From Octopus sinensis (lineage: Eukaryota): DNA of 64,000 nt. Location of the stretch: assembly GCF_006345805.1 (NCBI RefSeq), contig NC_042998.1:7626001-7690000 (forward strand), written 5' to 3'. A program made the position numbers and the translations under genes. Shown piece after piece: positions 26,966-41,169 of this stretch (position 1 is the stretch's first letter; every line of letters starts with the position of its first letter). A model generated the notes under the pieces. The model did no database searches. It saw only the letters and a program-made list of their open reading frames with translations, and was not told the origin of the DNA.

Positions 26966-28345
26966 AAACAATTGCCTTTTCGGCAGAGGGGAAACGATGT
27001 TGAGCGGGCCGGAGCAAAACTTAAAATACAACGGCATTAAACTGTGAACACTTTATAGAAACAACAATTTAAGTGTAATTAACAATGAATAAACTGATAG
27101 AAATTGAATCTATGTGTATCTTACCAAATAAATGTGTTACAATTTGCAAAATAATCCCTGTGGCGGTTGGCCTCCATGCCAGCATGCTGAAAGATCAATA
27201 TGTCGGCAAGGATTTTGAATCCGAAAAATCTCTCTGACGAAGTCCTTATTTAAACGTCAGTGAATTAGAACTATATGAATGCCCTAATCCAATACTTGAC
27301 ATTTTATTAACACCCTAATGAGCAAACTTAATAATATAACAAACCTCCTAAGCTGGAGATTATGATTAAAATGCTTCTAACGATAGAGCTTCAAGTTTAT
27401 TAGAATTGCCCCCTAATATGTCTCGGGGCAATAACCTCAGTGCTGTTTCTGGAGTTTCAAGGGCTTTCGGGTTTTTCAATATCATACACCCTTTCCCAGT
27501 TAACACAGCCGGGGTGGATGAAGCTCCAGTTTGCATCCCAGTAGCAGAAAACCACTAGTCTGCTCCTATATCCGGAGCCACCGGGTGGCCTTGTTTGCGG
27601 GAGAGAAAACATGTAATTTTATACACTTTATAGTATAACAACCGTTGAAACTTCATACGTTAGAGATCACGGTAAATTGTTTCTCATGGTAGAGCTTTAA
27701 AGTCCAGGAGATTTGCCGTTTAATATACTACAATCCAAAAACTCTTCAGAATAGGGTCGAAAGTTAGATTATCACGTCTAAATCCTGTATGAGATATATA
27801 AGCAGAAACTATGAAGCGTTGCCGAGGATTGGTTGTTTTTATGAAGAAAAAATTGGAATGAAACACTAACTGATGTAGTGAGACATTTAGATGGATAAGT
27901 GACTCTCTGATCTCAATGCAATAAGTAAATGATGTAACAATCTCACACTTCCACTACAACGTTGGTGTCAATTCTTCAGCGCAAGAAAATCCACATCTTA
28001 ACTGAAGTTGTTGACCGAGACAATCATGCATTTGGTAAACATGAGTTTTAAACTACCGCCGGAGAAATATTTTGCAAGAAAACTGAAAACTAAAGCGAAA
28101 GAGAACAAGGAAAACTGTAGCAATGAATTTAAACTATCCAGTCTTTGATATCAAGAATAGTATTACATTAATAGTATTTTATTCTTTCGTGCATAATAAG
28201 ATATCATTTAACAATACACGTAAGAAAAGTTTTCAATGAGAAATGCATAAATTTATGACGTGAAAAACCTTTACAATACAGGAGACATTTTGAAGTCCAT
28301 TTGTATTTACGGAACAGTAAAGTTTTACATCGTAGAAGACTTTAA

Positions 28346-28548
28346 TGGCAGAATCGTTACGCACCGAAAAAATTGCTTAGCAGCATTTCTTTCGACTTTA
28401 GGTTCTGAGTTCAAATGCCACGGGAGTTGAATTTGAATTTCATCCTTTCAGGGTCGATAAAATAAGTACCAGTTGAGCACTGGCGGCTGATGTAATCAAT
28501 TTACCTCGGCCTTCAAAATTGCTAGCTGTGTGCCAAAATTTGAAACCA
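28346..28548 (+). mobile_element. SINE family B copy (degenerate)
   Basis: ggcagaatcgtta...ttcatcctttcagggtcgataaaataagtaccag...ccaaaatttgaaacca. Confidence 0.75.
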
Positions 28549-28836
28549 AACCAATATTACTAAAGTGACTCAATGACGATGTAGTTATTTTTGACTCTAC
28601 GTCCAATTTCCGATTAAAAAAAACCCTCATGAAGTTCAAACGCTTTCGTTCAAATCAACACTTCTTTGTCAAGTTTTATTTGGAATACTTCCCATCGTCA
28701 TGTAGCGGTAGAATTAACACGTCAGGGGGCATGACAAGGGGAATATTTTAACGGGATCAGCTCTGTTCAAGTATTCAGAATTCAACTTCAAGTCTCCAAT
28801 CTTGATTCCTTAATCTGCTGCTTCGTACTGCAGTAT

Positions 28837-29220
28837 GTGGAGGCACAATGGCCCAGTGGTTAGGGCAGCGGACTCGAGGTCATAGGATCGCGGTTTCGAT
28901 TCCCAGGGTGTTTATTGTGAGTGTTTATTGAGCGAAAACACCTAAAGCTCCACGAGGCTCCGGCAGGGGATGGTGGTGATCCCTGCTGTACTCTTTCACC
29001 ACAACTTTCTCTCACTCTTACTTCCTGTTTCTGTTGTGCCTGTATTTCAAAGGGCCGGCCTTGTCACTCTCTGTGTCACGCTGAATATCCCCGAGAACTA
29101 CATTGGGGGTACACGTGTCTGTGGAATGCTCAGCCACTTACACGTTAATTTCACGAGCAGGCTGTTCCGTTGATTCGGATCAACCGGAAACCTCGTCGTC
29201 GTCGTAACCGACGGAGTGTT
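28837..29220 (+). mobile_element. tRNA-Arg-derived SINE, full length
   Basis: Head gtggaggcacaatggcccagtggttagggcagcggactcgaggtcataggatcgcggtttcgattccc has A box, TCG anticodon-like loop and B box. Confidence 0.8.
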
Positions 29221-29628
29221 TCCACACACTGCAGTATATTCATTAAGCAGTGGTTCCACCAACTTTTCACCGCCACTCTTAGAGGGTTCCCCTTCTGAAA
29301 AGTCATGGTTGCTGTCTTCTCTGATTAAGACAAGGAAGTTAAGTATACTTTCCACATAATATATCACTGTATTAATGTGCAAGGTCACTTTTGAAGCTCA
29401 TAACTTAGTCTCCTTTCTTTGTATATTAATTCAAACCGTGCAAAATTGTGAATGAATATATGCGCACATATACGTACCTTTGTAGAGTTATACACGCCTG
29501 TATTTGTATGAATATTCATAGCATATATGCATATATACTTTTACTGTTGCTTCTACCCGTTCATTTATACATTTATTCAGAAGCATACACGAACACACGC
29601 ACACGCGCGTGCATATCTAGGAATATAT

Positions 29629-29670
<42 letters not shown>

Positions 29671-29803
29671 TATATTTATAGGTATCAAGTTAGAGGAGTT
29701 TAATACCTCTAAGGGATAATTAAATCCAGAGTCGCTCCTGGCTATTAGCTGGGTAGGTACAGACTTTTGTAAGGTTGTATGGTAGCAAGTGGTTCCATTT
29801 TCT

Positions 29804-29882
<79 letters not shown>

Positions 29883-30240
29883 GTACAGAGAGAGAAAGAG
29901 AGAGAGAGAGACATTCATACATACATACATACATACATACATACATAGTCAGACAGACGGAGAGACTGTTACACTTCCATACGTACATAGTCAATTCTTA
30001 TAAGCAAGTGTGCGTAACGAAACAGAATTCATAACAATAAGATTAAAAAATATGAGAAACTTCTGGGAATTTACTTTATATTTGTTACAGTTAATGTTTG
30101 CCTATTTTCTATAGATTTGATCTGTCTTTTATATATACACACACACCTGCTTACGACTATCAATCGTTTAATTCTACTTCTTTTTCTTCTTTTTCTGCTT
30201 CTTCTATTATTATTATTATTATTATTATTATATTATTATT

Positions 30241-30443
30241 AAGGCAGCGAGCTGGCAGAACCGTTCACGCCGGGCAAAATGCATAGCGATATTTCGCCCG
30301 TCGCCACGTTCTGAGTTCAAATTCCGCCGAGGTCGACTTTGCTTTCATCCTTTCGAGGTCGATAAATTAAGTATCAGTGAAACACTGGAGTCGATATAAT
30401 CGACTAGTCCCACATTTCAGGCCTTGTGCTTACAGTAGAAAGG
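30241..30443 (+). mobile_element. SINE family B, full length with (ATT)n tail
   Basis: aaggcagcgagctggcagaa...gaggtcgactttgctttcatcctttcgaggtcgataaattaagtatcag...gtagaaagg(att)n. Confidence 0.85.
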
Positions 30444-30475
<32 letters not shown>

Positions 30476-30765
30476 CTTCTTCTTTCAAATTTGCTTCCAT
30501 TTCTTGCCGAGTGTCTTCCCGACTCCTAGGGCAAAGAAACTCATAGTATACATTGATAGGCCATTAAACTAAACTCAATAGTTTGTTCATTTAAAAAAAA
30601 TATATTATTATTATTATTATTATTATTTATGCAGCGAGCTGGCAGAATCGTTAGCACGCCGGGTAAAATGCTTAACAGTATTTTGTCCGTCTTCATGTTC
30701 TGTGTTCAAATTCTACCGAGGTCGATTTGCCTTTTACCGTTTAGGAGTAAAAAAGTAGATATGAG

Positions 30766-31350
30766 GACTCATCAGTGGCTACATAGTGCTAGTTTGATAG
30801 CCGAAACAAAAGGATTTATCATAGCAACAAGGGTCAGAGTTTCCTCACTCGGACCTATCAAGCCAATCTCATACGCAATGAGGTAAACACAAAGTGTATA
30901 CTCTAGAATGACAAACTGGAGAGAATTGACCACATTGTTGCTGTTTGTTCAGTCTTTGCCCTATAGAACATAAACTAGGCGTAATCGAGTTGGCCGATAC
31001 TTGCACTGGAGTGTATACTGTCACTATGATATCTTGCACCCTAAAAACTTGTATGAATACCATCCAGAATCAGTCACTGGGGAAGAGAATTTTACCATCC
31101 TATGGGGTTATGAGATACATAGAGACAGGCAAATAAATGATAACCGACCAGATATCGTTATCAAAGACCTAAGACAAAAAACATTCCTGTTAATTGATAT
31201 GATAGTGTCTTCTGATAGAAACATCTCGGCAAAGGAATTTGAAAAACTGTCGAAATATAAGAACCTTGAGATTGAGATATCTAGGACGTGGTAATTAAAA
31301 ACCAAAACCATCCCTGTTGTTGTAGGTGCCCCAGAAATGATGAAGAAGGG
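30766..31350 (+). mobile_element. R4/Dong-type non-LTR retrotransposon relic (zinc-knuckle region plus restriction-like endonuclease)
   Basis: WLHSASLIAETKGFII..., RIDHIVAVC, NRPDIVIKDLRQKTFLLIDM...DRNISAKEFEKLSKYKNLEIEISRTW*...IPVVVGA: PD..D..K RLE motif. Contains stops and frameshifts. Confidence 0.85.
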
Positions 31351-31455
31351 CAGTGACAAATTATCGTTATTATTATTATTATTATTATTATTGTTATTAT
31401 TATATTATTATTATATTATTATTATTATTATTATTATATTATCATTATTATTATA

Positions 31456-31655
31456 AGATGGCGAGCTGGCAGTATTGTTAGCACGACGAGTAACATGCTT
31501 GACTGCATTTCATTTGTCTTTGAGTTCTGAGTACAAATTTCCCGAGATTGGCTTAAATTTTCATCTTTTGAGGATCGATAAAATAAGGAGTCGAGCAATG
31601 GTGTCGATGTAATCACCAGCCTCCTCCACTAAAAACAGTGATCTTGTGCAAAAAT
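31456..31655 (+). mobile_element. SINE family B copy (degenerate)
   Basis: ggcgagctggcagtattgttagcacg...ttcatcttttgaggatcgataaaataag. Confidence 0.7.
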
Positions 31656-31842
31656 TAATAAGAATCCATATATTAATATGCTAAGAACGAATGTGTTACG
31701 CTGTCAGGTGGTTATATGAAAGGAGAAGCAAAGTGCGGGAGAAAAAGTATAAGCGGCGAGAGGTGTGGAGAAAGTAATAGTTATTACGCTTACACCGAAT
31801 GTGCGACGCTGTCACGTGGTTAATTCAAGGGAGAGGCGAAGT

Positions 31843-31879
<37 letters not shown>

Positions 31880-33925
31880 AGAGTGCTAGCGGTGAGGAGC
31901 AAGAGACAGGTATTGCTATTATGCTTGTCTAGCTAGTTATTGTTGTTATGTTTGTTTTTTTGCAAAGGGATATGTTTTGTTATGTATCTCAAGCTTTATT
32001 TCTATAGTTCCCAATTATTATTGTAGTTACCGTTTTAGTTATTATTATTTTTGTTTTCCTTTGGTTCGCCGTGGATGATCACTTTACTAAGTACCCCTTA
32101 TAGAACATAGCTTTTTATTTCATTCTGGGATAATCGTTTGTAAAACAGAAATTGTTTAGAATAGGATTTGTATATCTTACTTACCATAGCTGTACTACCA
32201 AAAGCTGCAAAATGGCAGAGATAAAATGCTCCGAAGTATACATAGCAGAGAAAATTGTCCTGCAACGGTGGTGCAATTCCTCAATCTTCATTTCTATGTC
32301 ATTGCACTTAATCCATAATAACAATCTACAGTCAATCACTCGCATAGGCAAATTTTGCTTCTACTGATATAGAAAAATAGTGATTAACAAATCACTGGTA
32401 TCGCAAATAACTAGCAGGTTGGGTAAAAATTCTTTATCAGCAGCGGAAACAATATCGTTTCAGAATAGTATTGTGTATAGCTTACTTAACGTGGATTCAC
32501 TTTTTACTACTAACGAGTTCGGAATATTTGAAAGTCTACCCCATTATCTGGAGATGAGGAAAGGTTTGTCTTTATATATTTAATACTAATTACACATTCG
32601 TTTTAAAAGTAGCGGTTTGCTATATTACGCGTGTTGCTAGATGGCTTCTCTGGAATTAGCTGGAACAGAGAATCGCCACACATGTGGAAGCAGTAACGTG
32701 AATCAGGTAAAGTTGGATATGGGGTGGGAAAATGTTGAGAAAGCAATGAGAGAATTAAAAGCATGAGTGACCCTAGACAAAAAAAATCAAGCAAGAACAA
32801 GCGGTGGATTTTCGTGTAGCGTCGTGCAATGTGTTAGTGTGGCATTTATATGTGATAGACGTCCATCACAAAGTGGCACCACATCGTTGTTTTGCATGAT
32901 TTTTACAGTTATCTGAAAGCTAGACTCCAGTATAATCAATCTATGGCTGAGATTAAAGGAGCACCAGCTAAACATTGTGCTGACAAAAAGGAAATGGAGG
33001 ACAAGTACCAGGCAACACCCAGATATTTTGATAAAGGCTGCGCCAGAGGCATATTGACAGCTGATGAGGACAGCTGGTGGATCGTGGCCAATCGTGTACG
33101 GAGCCCTCCATGACTCAACTTGGGCCAAAAGAGGTCAAAGTGCGTTTTGCTTCCTTATGCGATTGGGTTGTCTTCTTTGTTTATTTGCTTTTCTGTATAT
33201 ATTGTATTATATTTTTGTATTTGATTTACAACTTGGTGTACTCAGCCACTCAATCACTCACGTTTGTCAAAGTCCTGACTGGTGATTTGACCAAATGGTT
33301 AATCAAACAGTCGATTAGCTAATTGATTAAATGGTAACTGAGTAAGAGTGAAGATTTCTGCTATAGACAGAAGGTCTGGAGGCTTACAGGAAGGGACAAG
33401 TCAATTACATTGACCTCAATGCGTGACAAGTATTTATTTTATTGACCCCGAAAGAATGAATGGCAGGGTCAATCTCGATGGATTTAGAACTCAGAACATA
33501 AAAGACAGTTGAAATGCCACTAAGCATTTGGTAAGGCGTGCTAACTACTCTGTCTGTTAGTCGCACTTAATTACGTAATAATAATAAAAGAAATAAAATA
33601 GTGTCAGTTTATTATTGGCAAAATGAACCTCCGAAATACATAGAAAAATTGCATTACATGTTTACCTGACTACTATTCATTATATATGAGTGAATATATA
33701 TATATGCAGCACACACACCTACACTTACGTTTTGTAATACCTTTCTGTTACACATTTTACATTCTATGCATAGATACCATCTGTTGCAATCAAATGCTCT
33801 TCACTGCTAAACAGGTTCAGACACCTTCCATCTATTATAATTCTATTTTCTTCAGAACCACTCATCGCTACGGGGGTTATAAATTATCATCTCACATAGA
33901 CTTTGTATAACTTCAAGAGAGTGAG

Positions 33926-33963
<38 letters not shown>

Positions 33964-34687
33964 CGTAAAGACAATTTACCAACATATCGTTGCAGCCCCG
34001 GTTAGGACGAATGCTACCGTTATTTAGCCCCAGGAAACACCATCTCCAGCTGGCTATACGAGACAATATCTGTGTCCTTATATTTTCGAAAAGAGGAGTT
34101 TAGAATCTTCACTCAACACAAAGCAGTTTCCTGGGGATAAGCAACAGCAGCATTTGTCCCAACCGTGACTACCACGTTATGTTGGCAAAACTATATATAT
34201 ATATATATATTATATATATATATATATATATATCATGAAAAAATACATTAGCCCATTTGCATTCCAGTCCTGAGTTTGTCGTCGCTAAAAGAAAGTAAAG
34301 TTTAAACTCAGGTTTATACGAACCCGTGTGAAGATAAAAGTTCGCGCACGCGCACACACACACTCACAAAGGCACACGCATACACACTATATCCTTATAT
34401 GTGTGTGGGTGAATGTATGTATAAACACATAGATGTATTTTATACATGATGTTCATACCCACATACGCACACATTTGCACGACCACAATATGCATAACAC
34501 ACACACACACACACACACACACAGAGATAATTATTCCATATATTTATATATAATTATTATATATAGAATCTTCACTGATGGTTGCATTTTTGGATTTGCT
34601 AGAGCAACATTCCTGATAATAATCTTGGCTGTATTCCCCCACACCGACATTCCCTACTTCAAATAATATATTTAATAACCATACCAT

Positions 34688-34851
34688 AGGCGCAGGAGTG
34701 GCTGTGTGGTAACTAGCTTGCCTACCAACCACATGGTTCCGGGTTCAGTCCCACTGCGTGGCATCTTGGGCAAGTGTCTTCTGCTATAGCCCCGGGCCGA
34801 CCAATGCCTTGTGAGTGGATTTGGTAGACGGAAACTGAAAGAAGCCTGTCG

Positions 34852-34884
<33 letters not shown>

Positions 34885-35085
34885 TTGTGTGTCTGTGTTT
34901 GTCCCCCTAGCATTGCTTGACAACCGATGCTGGTGTGTTTACGTCCCCGTCACTTAGCGGTTCGGCAAAAAGAGACCGATAGAATAAGTACTGGGCTTAC
35001 AAAAAATAAGTCCCGGGGTCGATTTGATCGACTAAAGGCGGTGCTGCAGCATGGCCGCAGTCAAATGACCGAAACAAGTAAAAGA
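34688..35085 (+). mobile_element. SINE family A, full length
   Basis: Matches the family A consensus. Confidence 0.9.
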
Positions 35086-35329
35086 AAAAAACAAACCAAG
35101 TCAAGAGCCTCTTGCTCTTTATCAATCTGGTGGAAATATAAAGAAAGCGTAATAACCGTCTCAACAAAGCAATGTGAATGTATAGTGTGTTTGTGTATGT
35201 TTGAGTAAGAATGCATAATAGTGTAAGCTTATTCGCATCTATTCCTCTGTTGAGAATAGGCGAAGGAGTACGAGTATAACTAATTCGTAGGTTTTACAGA
35301 CAAGGGAATGCATATCTATGATTTTAATA

Positions 35330-35640
35330 TAGTTGTGGTTTGATACGAACTCAAATAATTAGACTTAGTGGAAACAGAGTCAAACAACGAATTCTCGAAG
35401 AAATCCAGGCCTGATGAAGAAGTACCAGGCGGCTTGAGAGAAAAGGAGACTGGTGGTGTGAGTGTATGAAGAAAACTTGAATAGACGGGTAGATATCGGC
35501 TTGGGTACGTCAAGATAGAGATAAATAAGTGAAAGACCCGTTCAAATAGTGTTAAGGGGTACTAAGTGAAAAAACAGGTCCTTTCAATCGGTTGGGAGTT
35601 TGGAAGTTAGTGAGGGATCAGAGAGCAGTTCTAAGATGTT
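35330..35640 (-). mobile_element. Possible degenerate CR1/L2 RT fragment
   Basis: LDFFENSLFDSVSTK resembles the RT motif LDxSKAFDSV. Weak. Confidence 0.3.
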
Positions 35641-36039
35641 AAGGTGAGATTAAACTTCAAGAGAGTGTAGGCAGTAAATGCATGTATCAATGAGTATATA
35701 TATATGTGTACACACACACAAACACACACACACACACACACACATACACACACACAGATAGATAGATAAATCGATAGATAGATAGAGATAATTAGATAAA
35801 TATATAAATAGATAGATACATAAATAGATAGATATAGATACGCGTGTGTATTCACATACATATATACATATGAATATATATATATGCGTGTGTGTGAGCA
35901 GGTATTTGTATATCTATACGTGTATATACACATAGATGCATATATGTATGTTTGCATATATATATACACGCACACAGAGACACACATATATATATATATA
36001 TATATATGCATATATATTCATATATATATATATATATGT

Positions 36040-36084
<45 letters not shown>

Positions 36085-37390
36085 TAGTAGTAGTAGTAGT
36101 AGTAGAATACTCGAGACAAGCAGAAGGCAATACATGTTTATTTGTTTTTAATCGACCGAAAGTTACAAACGTGACTCAAGGGGGCAGGCGAAAGACGCGT
36201 GGCACATGAGAAGTGACATGCTCGACACTTTCCACCCTTGTATTACTTTCGTTACTTTCTGCCAATTATAAAATAATTAAAAATTTTTTTTTAAATCTGT
36301 ATGTGCGCCTGTATGTAAATGTATGTGTATTTGTGTTTTTAAAGCAAATAAGGACGCAAAATAAACAACACGCACCCCTCCCACAAGAACCTTCCCTTTT
36401 TTGCTTCCCTCACACATTTGCCTATTTTACCTACAATTCTCTTTAATTCCTGTTTATCTTACATTATCGTTTTCCGTTTTTGCACTCAAATTACCCAATT
36501 ACTTTGTTTGTTTTCCTCATCTAATCCCATTACTAAATTTGGCCTTTCCCTACTGCCCTTTTTCGACCCCTGTTCTCTTTCTATCATCTATACGCCATCC
36601 ACCCCCTCTCTCTTTCTCTCTCTCGCTAATTCTATCACTTCATTCCCTTATCCTTTTTTTGCCAATTCCATTCATTAATGTCACGTCAATTATTTTGTGA
36701 ATGAATGGAAACTATTTACAACACAGAAAAATAAATATCTATTTTTCTAACATTTTTCCTTCTCTCAAAATCCTTTCTTTCCTTCATTTCACACATGCAA
36801 TTTACAAACTTTTCATTCCGATATTTTTAGTTAATAAAACAGTAAGGAATTCTTGCTTTTTTTGCTTTTCTTACCGGAAGTGCCCATAGAATACATTTTC
36901 GTGTAAGTCGCTTTGTATATTATTCCATTGAGATAACGTATAGCCCGGCAAAAAGATGAAACAGGTAACCAGTTGAAGTATCATTTTTCACTAAGTAGTC
37001 AGTCGCACCGAACGACACAATAAATGTTGTTCCTCCTTCTTCTATTGTAGTTTATTGTTGCTGTTGTTGTTGATGTTGTTGCTGATGATGACGATAAACT
37101 TTTGACAGGATACAGTAAGGCCATGCAGGCGTTCTCCAAACATACTGAGTATTTGACTAACCAGGGGACAGGCTATATTTGACGACAATTGACCTTTCTG
37201 CATACGCATCCGTATTTCATTGGAGAACCAGAAAATTGATATATAAAGCAATGATAATGCTACTCTCTCAACCACCAAGTTATTACCTCTTCCCCCTACC
37301 TTTTTTTATAATTGTTGTTCATTTATTTCTTTCTCAAAACACAATCATATATACCACATATACTAATATAAATAAATATGTGTGCGCGCG

Positions 37391-37425
<35 letters not shown>

Positions 37426-37667
37426 TGTGTGTGTGTGTACATCACATACACATGCGCAGAAGCACACAGCCACACGCTACAATATGCACACACAACGAGC
37501 TATACATTAGAATTCAAGTTTAACTGTATGTATGCAAACAAATAAACATAAATCTTATGTGCGATTATGTGTAAAAATATATGAGAATAGTTTTATTCGC
37601 AGCCAGTTTTGAAATTTTCTGGAATATTAATGAACAAAAGCATTCGATCATAACCCATTGTTACTTA

Positions 37668-37883
37668 TACTCTTACTCTTTTACTTGTTTCAGTCATTTG
37701 ACTGCGGCCATGCTGGAGCACCGACTTTAATCGAGCAACTCGACCCCGGGACTTATTCTTTTTGTAAGCCCAGTACTTATTCTATCGGTCTCTTTTGCCG
37801 AACCGCTAAGTAACGGGGGCATAAACACACCAGCATCGGTTGTCAAGCAATGCTAAGGGGACAAACACAGACAAACAAACACC

Positions 37884-37924
<41 letters not shown>

Positions 37925-38078
37925 GACGGGCTTCTCTCAGTTTCCGTCTACCAAATCCACTCACAAGACTTTGGTTGGCCCGAGGCTATAGTAGAAGACA
38001 CTTGTCCAAAGTGCCACGCAGTGGGACTGAACCCGGAACCATGTGGTTGGTAAGCAAGCTACTTACCACACAGCCACT
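37668..38078 (-). mobile_element. SINE family A, full length
   Basis: Matches the family A consensus. Confidence 0.9.
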
Positions 38079-38268
38079 GTCTGCTTCCCTTTATTATATT
38101 TTAGATTTCCCTTTCATCATCTCCTTCTGCCGTCTTTTTTCTCTGTATCCTTATTCTTCTTTCTCCACCCTAATCTTTCTTTATAATAACTTCCTTTCTC
38201 AAAAATACACAATGTGTTCAAACATACACACACCTCCACATTCTCTCTCTGTCTGCCCCTGTTTCTTC

Positions 38269-38307
<39 letters not shown>

Positions 38308-38531
38308 ACTCTATCTATCTATCTCTATCTATCTACCTCCCTCTGTCCACCTATCTATTATATATCTACCCGTTCTGCTTTTTTTTTAAACTCTTGTTCT
38401 CTTTGCCTTTTAACCCTATGATACCTGACTGTTATTCCACCTACTTTCTCAATCTGAACTGAACCCTTTTCTTCGTATATTTGTCCCCTCATTCCAGCTC
38501 TTTGCCCTCCTTTCTTCCTCATCTATCTATC

Positions 38532-38563
<32 letters not shown>

Positions 38564-39237
38564 ATATATAGATAGATATATATATTCCCTTCCTGTCCTT
38601 CCCCTCTTCTCATGTGAATATTAACATACAGCCGTTTTAATGCTATCGTTTTATTAGAAATGTAAGTTTTCTCACACGACACACCTGCAAATGAATTTGT
38701 CACAATGATTAAACTATACCAATAGTATCTCTACCCCTCCTGTCATTCTCTCTCTCTCTCTCCTTCTCCCTCTCCCCTCTCGATATCATTCATATTATTT
38801 AAAACTCTTAAACATAAACGGGATCAATTATCGGTGTCAATGTCTACATGGTTTATTATATTTTGTATTTTTGAAGCATCACTGTGACTGAACTGTTTGA
38901 GATATTGGGTGGGGAGGAGAAACAAGTCAATGAAACAAGGGCGATGTTCATCTTGCCGTGAATATGAAAAGAAAAGGGTTATTCTTCCCGCCACAGATCG
39001 TGACACTGAAATTTATGACCTACAAACTATTGAACTGAACATTCAGAATTTGACAATGCACACGTAGTTGTGTCTATAGGTACTTTAGAAGTAACCTAAC
39101 GCTTATTGATTCCCTTTTGTTCATCAACATGAAGGAGATTTAATAACAAAATACACGCCAACACTAACGAACGTACAGAAAGAAAAAGCTGATCAATGAA
39201 GACTAGTATGCGTCTCGAATATAATGACGGGATCATG

Positions 39238-39632
39238 AAGGCGGCAAACTGGCAGAAACGTTAGCACGCCGGGCGAAATGCTTAGCGGCATTTCGTCCGT
39301 CGTTACGTTCTGAGTTCAAATTCCACCAAGGTCGACTTTGCCTTTCATCCTTTCGGGGTCGATTAAATAAGTACCAGTTACGCACTGGGGTCGATATAAT
39401 CGACTTAATCCGTTTGTCTGTCCTTGTTTGTCCCGTCTGTGTTTAGCCCCTTGTGGGTAGTAAAGAAATAGGGTTTTCGTCCGTCTTTACGTTCTGAGTT
39501 CAAATTCCGAGTTCGACTTTGTCTTTCATCCTTTCGGGGTTGATAAAATAAGTGCTAGCCGAACAATGAGGTTAATGTAATCGAGTTGCTCCCGCCCCAG
39601 AAATGCTGACCTTGAGTCAAAATTTGAAACCA
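39238..39632 (+). mobile_element. Compound SINE family B (two bodies in tandem or nested)
   Basis: One head, then the body tttcgtccgtc.ttacgttctgagttcaaattcc...catcctttcgggg appears twice with different tails. Confidence 0.8.
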
Positions 39633-40492
39633 ATGTAATAAACACACAGCTTGAAATTTGTTGGGTGGGAGAGAATTCGATTATATCAACAGATAATTCA
39701 TTTTATTGATCTCGAAAGAATGAAAATCAAATTTGACCTTGGTATGATTTTGAACTCAGAACGTAAAGAGCCGGAACAAATACCTTAGCGGGACATTTTT
39801 TTCCGATCCTGTAACGATTCTGCGAAATCCGTCACGTTGATGAGGAACTAAAGTTTCTAATTTAGGTGCAAGCACAGTAATTTTAAGCGGAAGAGGCTTT
39901 TCGATACTACTAATTCTCGTATTTGACTGGTAAATCGTTTTATCGTCCCCGAAAGGATGAAAGGCAAAAATTAATGCTCAGAATCCTCTTTTTTCAGGCA
40001 TAGGTTATTGCAGAAAAGATCCCGTCAGTTGATCTGATCGGTTAAAACTCTTGAAAGTGACTTAGCAATGTCATAGTGGCTGAAACCAATGAAAGAAAAA
40101 GAAAATATCTATACGTATATGTACGTGTTCTTAAGCGGGATTTTGGTAGACGGAAACTGTGTGGAAGCCTGTTTCATATGTGTATGTGTCTGTGTGTGTC
40201 TATGTATAAGAAACGAGGTACACGTTACATGCATACGGCATTTAAAAAAAAAATTCTTTATTCTTTCACTAGCTTCAGTCTTGAAGGGTTTTATCGATCA
40301 AATCGATCCCTAGTGTGTATTTTATATCTGGTCCATATTCTATCGGTCTCTTTTGGCCGAACGGCTAGATCTGGGAAAGACAAACAAACCATCATTGGAG
40401 GTTAAACGATGAGAGACGTTCTTTGTTAACGAGAAGCGTGTAAAATGGTATCACTAAATACTTATAAACAATCTATCTTGTTTTGCTTTATA

Positions 40493-40704
40493 TACTCTTT
40501 TACTCTTTTACTTGTTTCAGTCATTTGACTGAGGCCATGCTGGAGCACCGCCTTTTAGTCGAGCAAATCGACCCCGGGACTTATTCTTTGTAAGCCCTGT
40601 ACTTATTCTATCGGTCTCTTTTGCCGAACCGCTAAGTGACGGGGACGTAAACACACCAGCATCGGTTGTCAAGCAATGCTAGGGGGACAAACACAGACAC
40701 ACAA

Positions 40705-40740
<36 letters not shown>

Positions 40741-40912
40741 GCATATACATATATACGACAGGCTTCTTTCAGTTTCCGTCTACCAAATCCACTCACAAGG
40801 CATTGGTCGGCCCAGGGCTATAGCAGAAGACACTTGCCCAAGATGCCACGCAGTGGGACTGAACCCGGAACCATGTGGTTGGTTAGCAAGCTACTTACCA
40901 CACACCACTCCT
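40493..40912 (-). mobile_element. SINE family A, full length
   Basis: Matches the family A consensus. Confidence 0.9.
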
Positions 40913-41169
40913 ATATATATATATATATATGGTTGTGTGTGTATATGTGTGTAATGCACGAATATACAATTCATATGTAAATCCTTTGGATTTAGCACAC
41001 GTCTGTAAACATTCATTTAATATTTAATATTTGAAGAATAAATGTTGTTTGTCTCGAGTTGTATAATGTACCAACTCGTCAATTTTCTGCTAAATGAAAA
41101 AAAAAAACTTCTGCTTCATTGCTTACTAATACACATACACACGCACACAAACAGGCCCACACACACACA

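Noticed and set aside
33055-33110. CTGATGAG inside an unclassified repeat (32730-33350) as a hammerhead
   Set aside because: No GAAA and no UH site with pairing stems nearby. The surrounding ORFs gave no convincing family motif.
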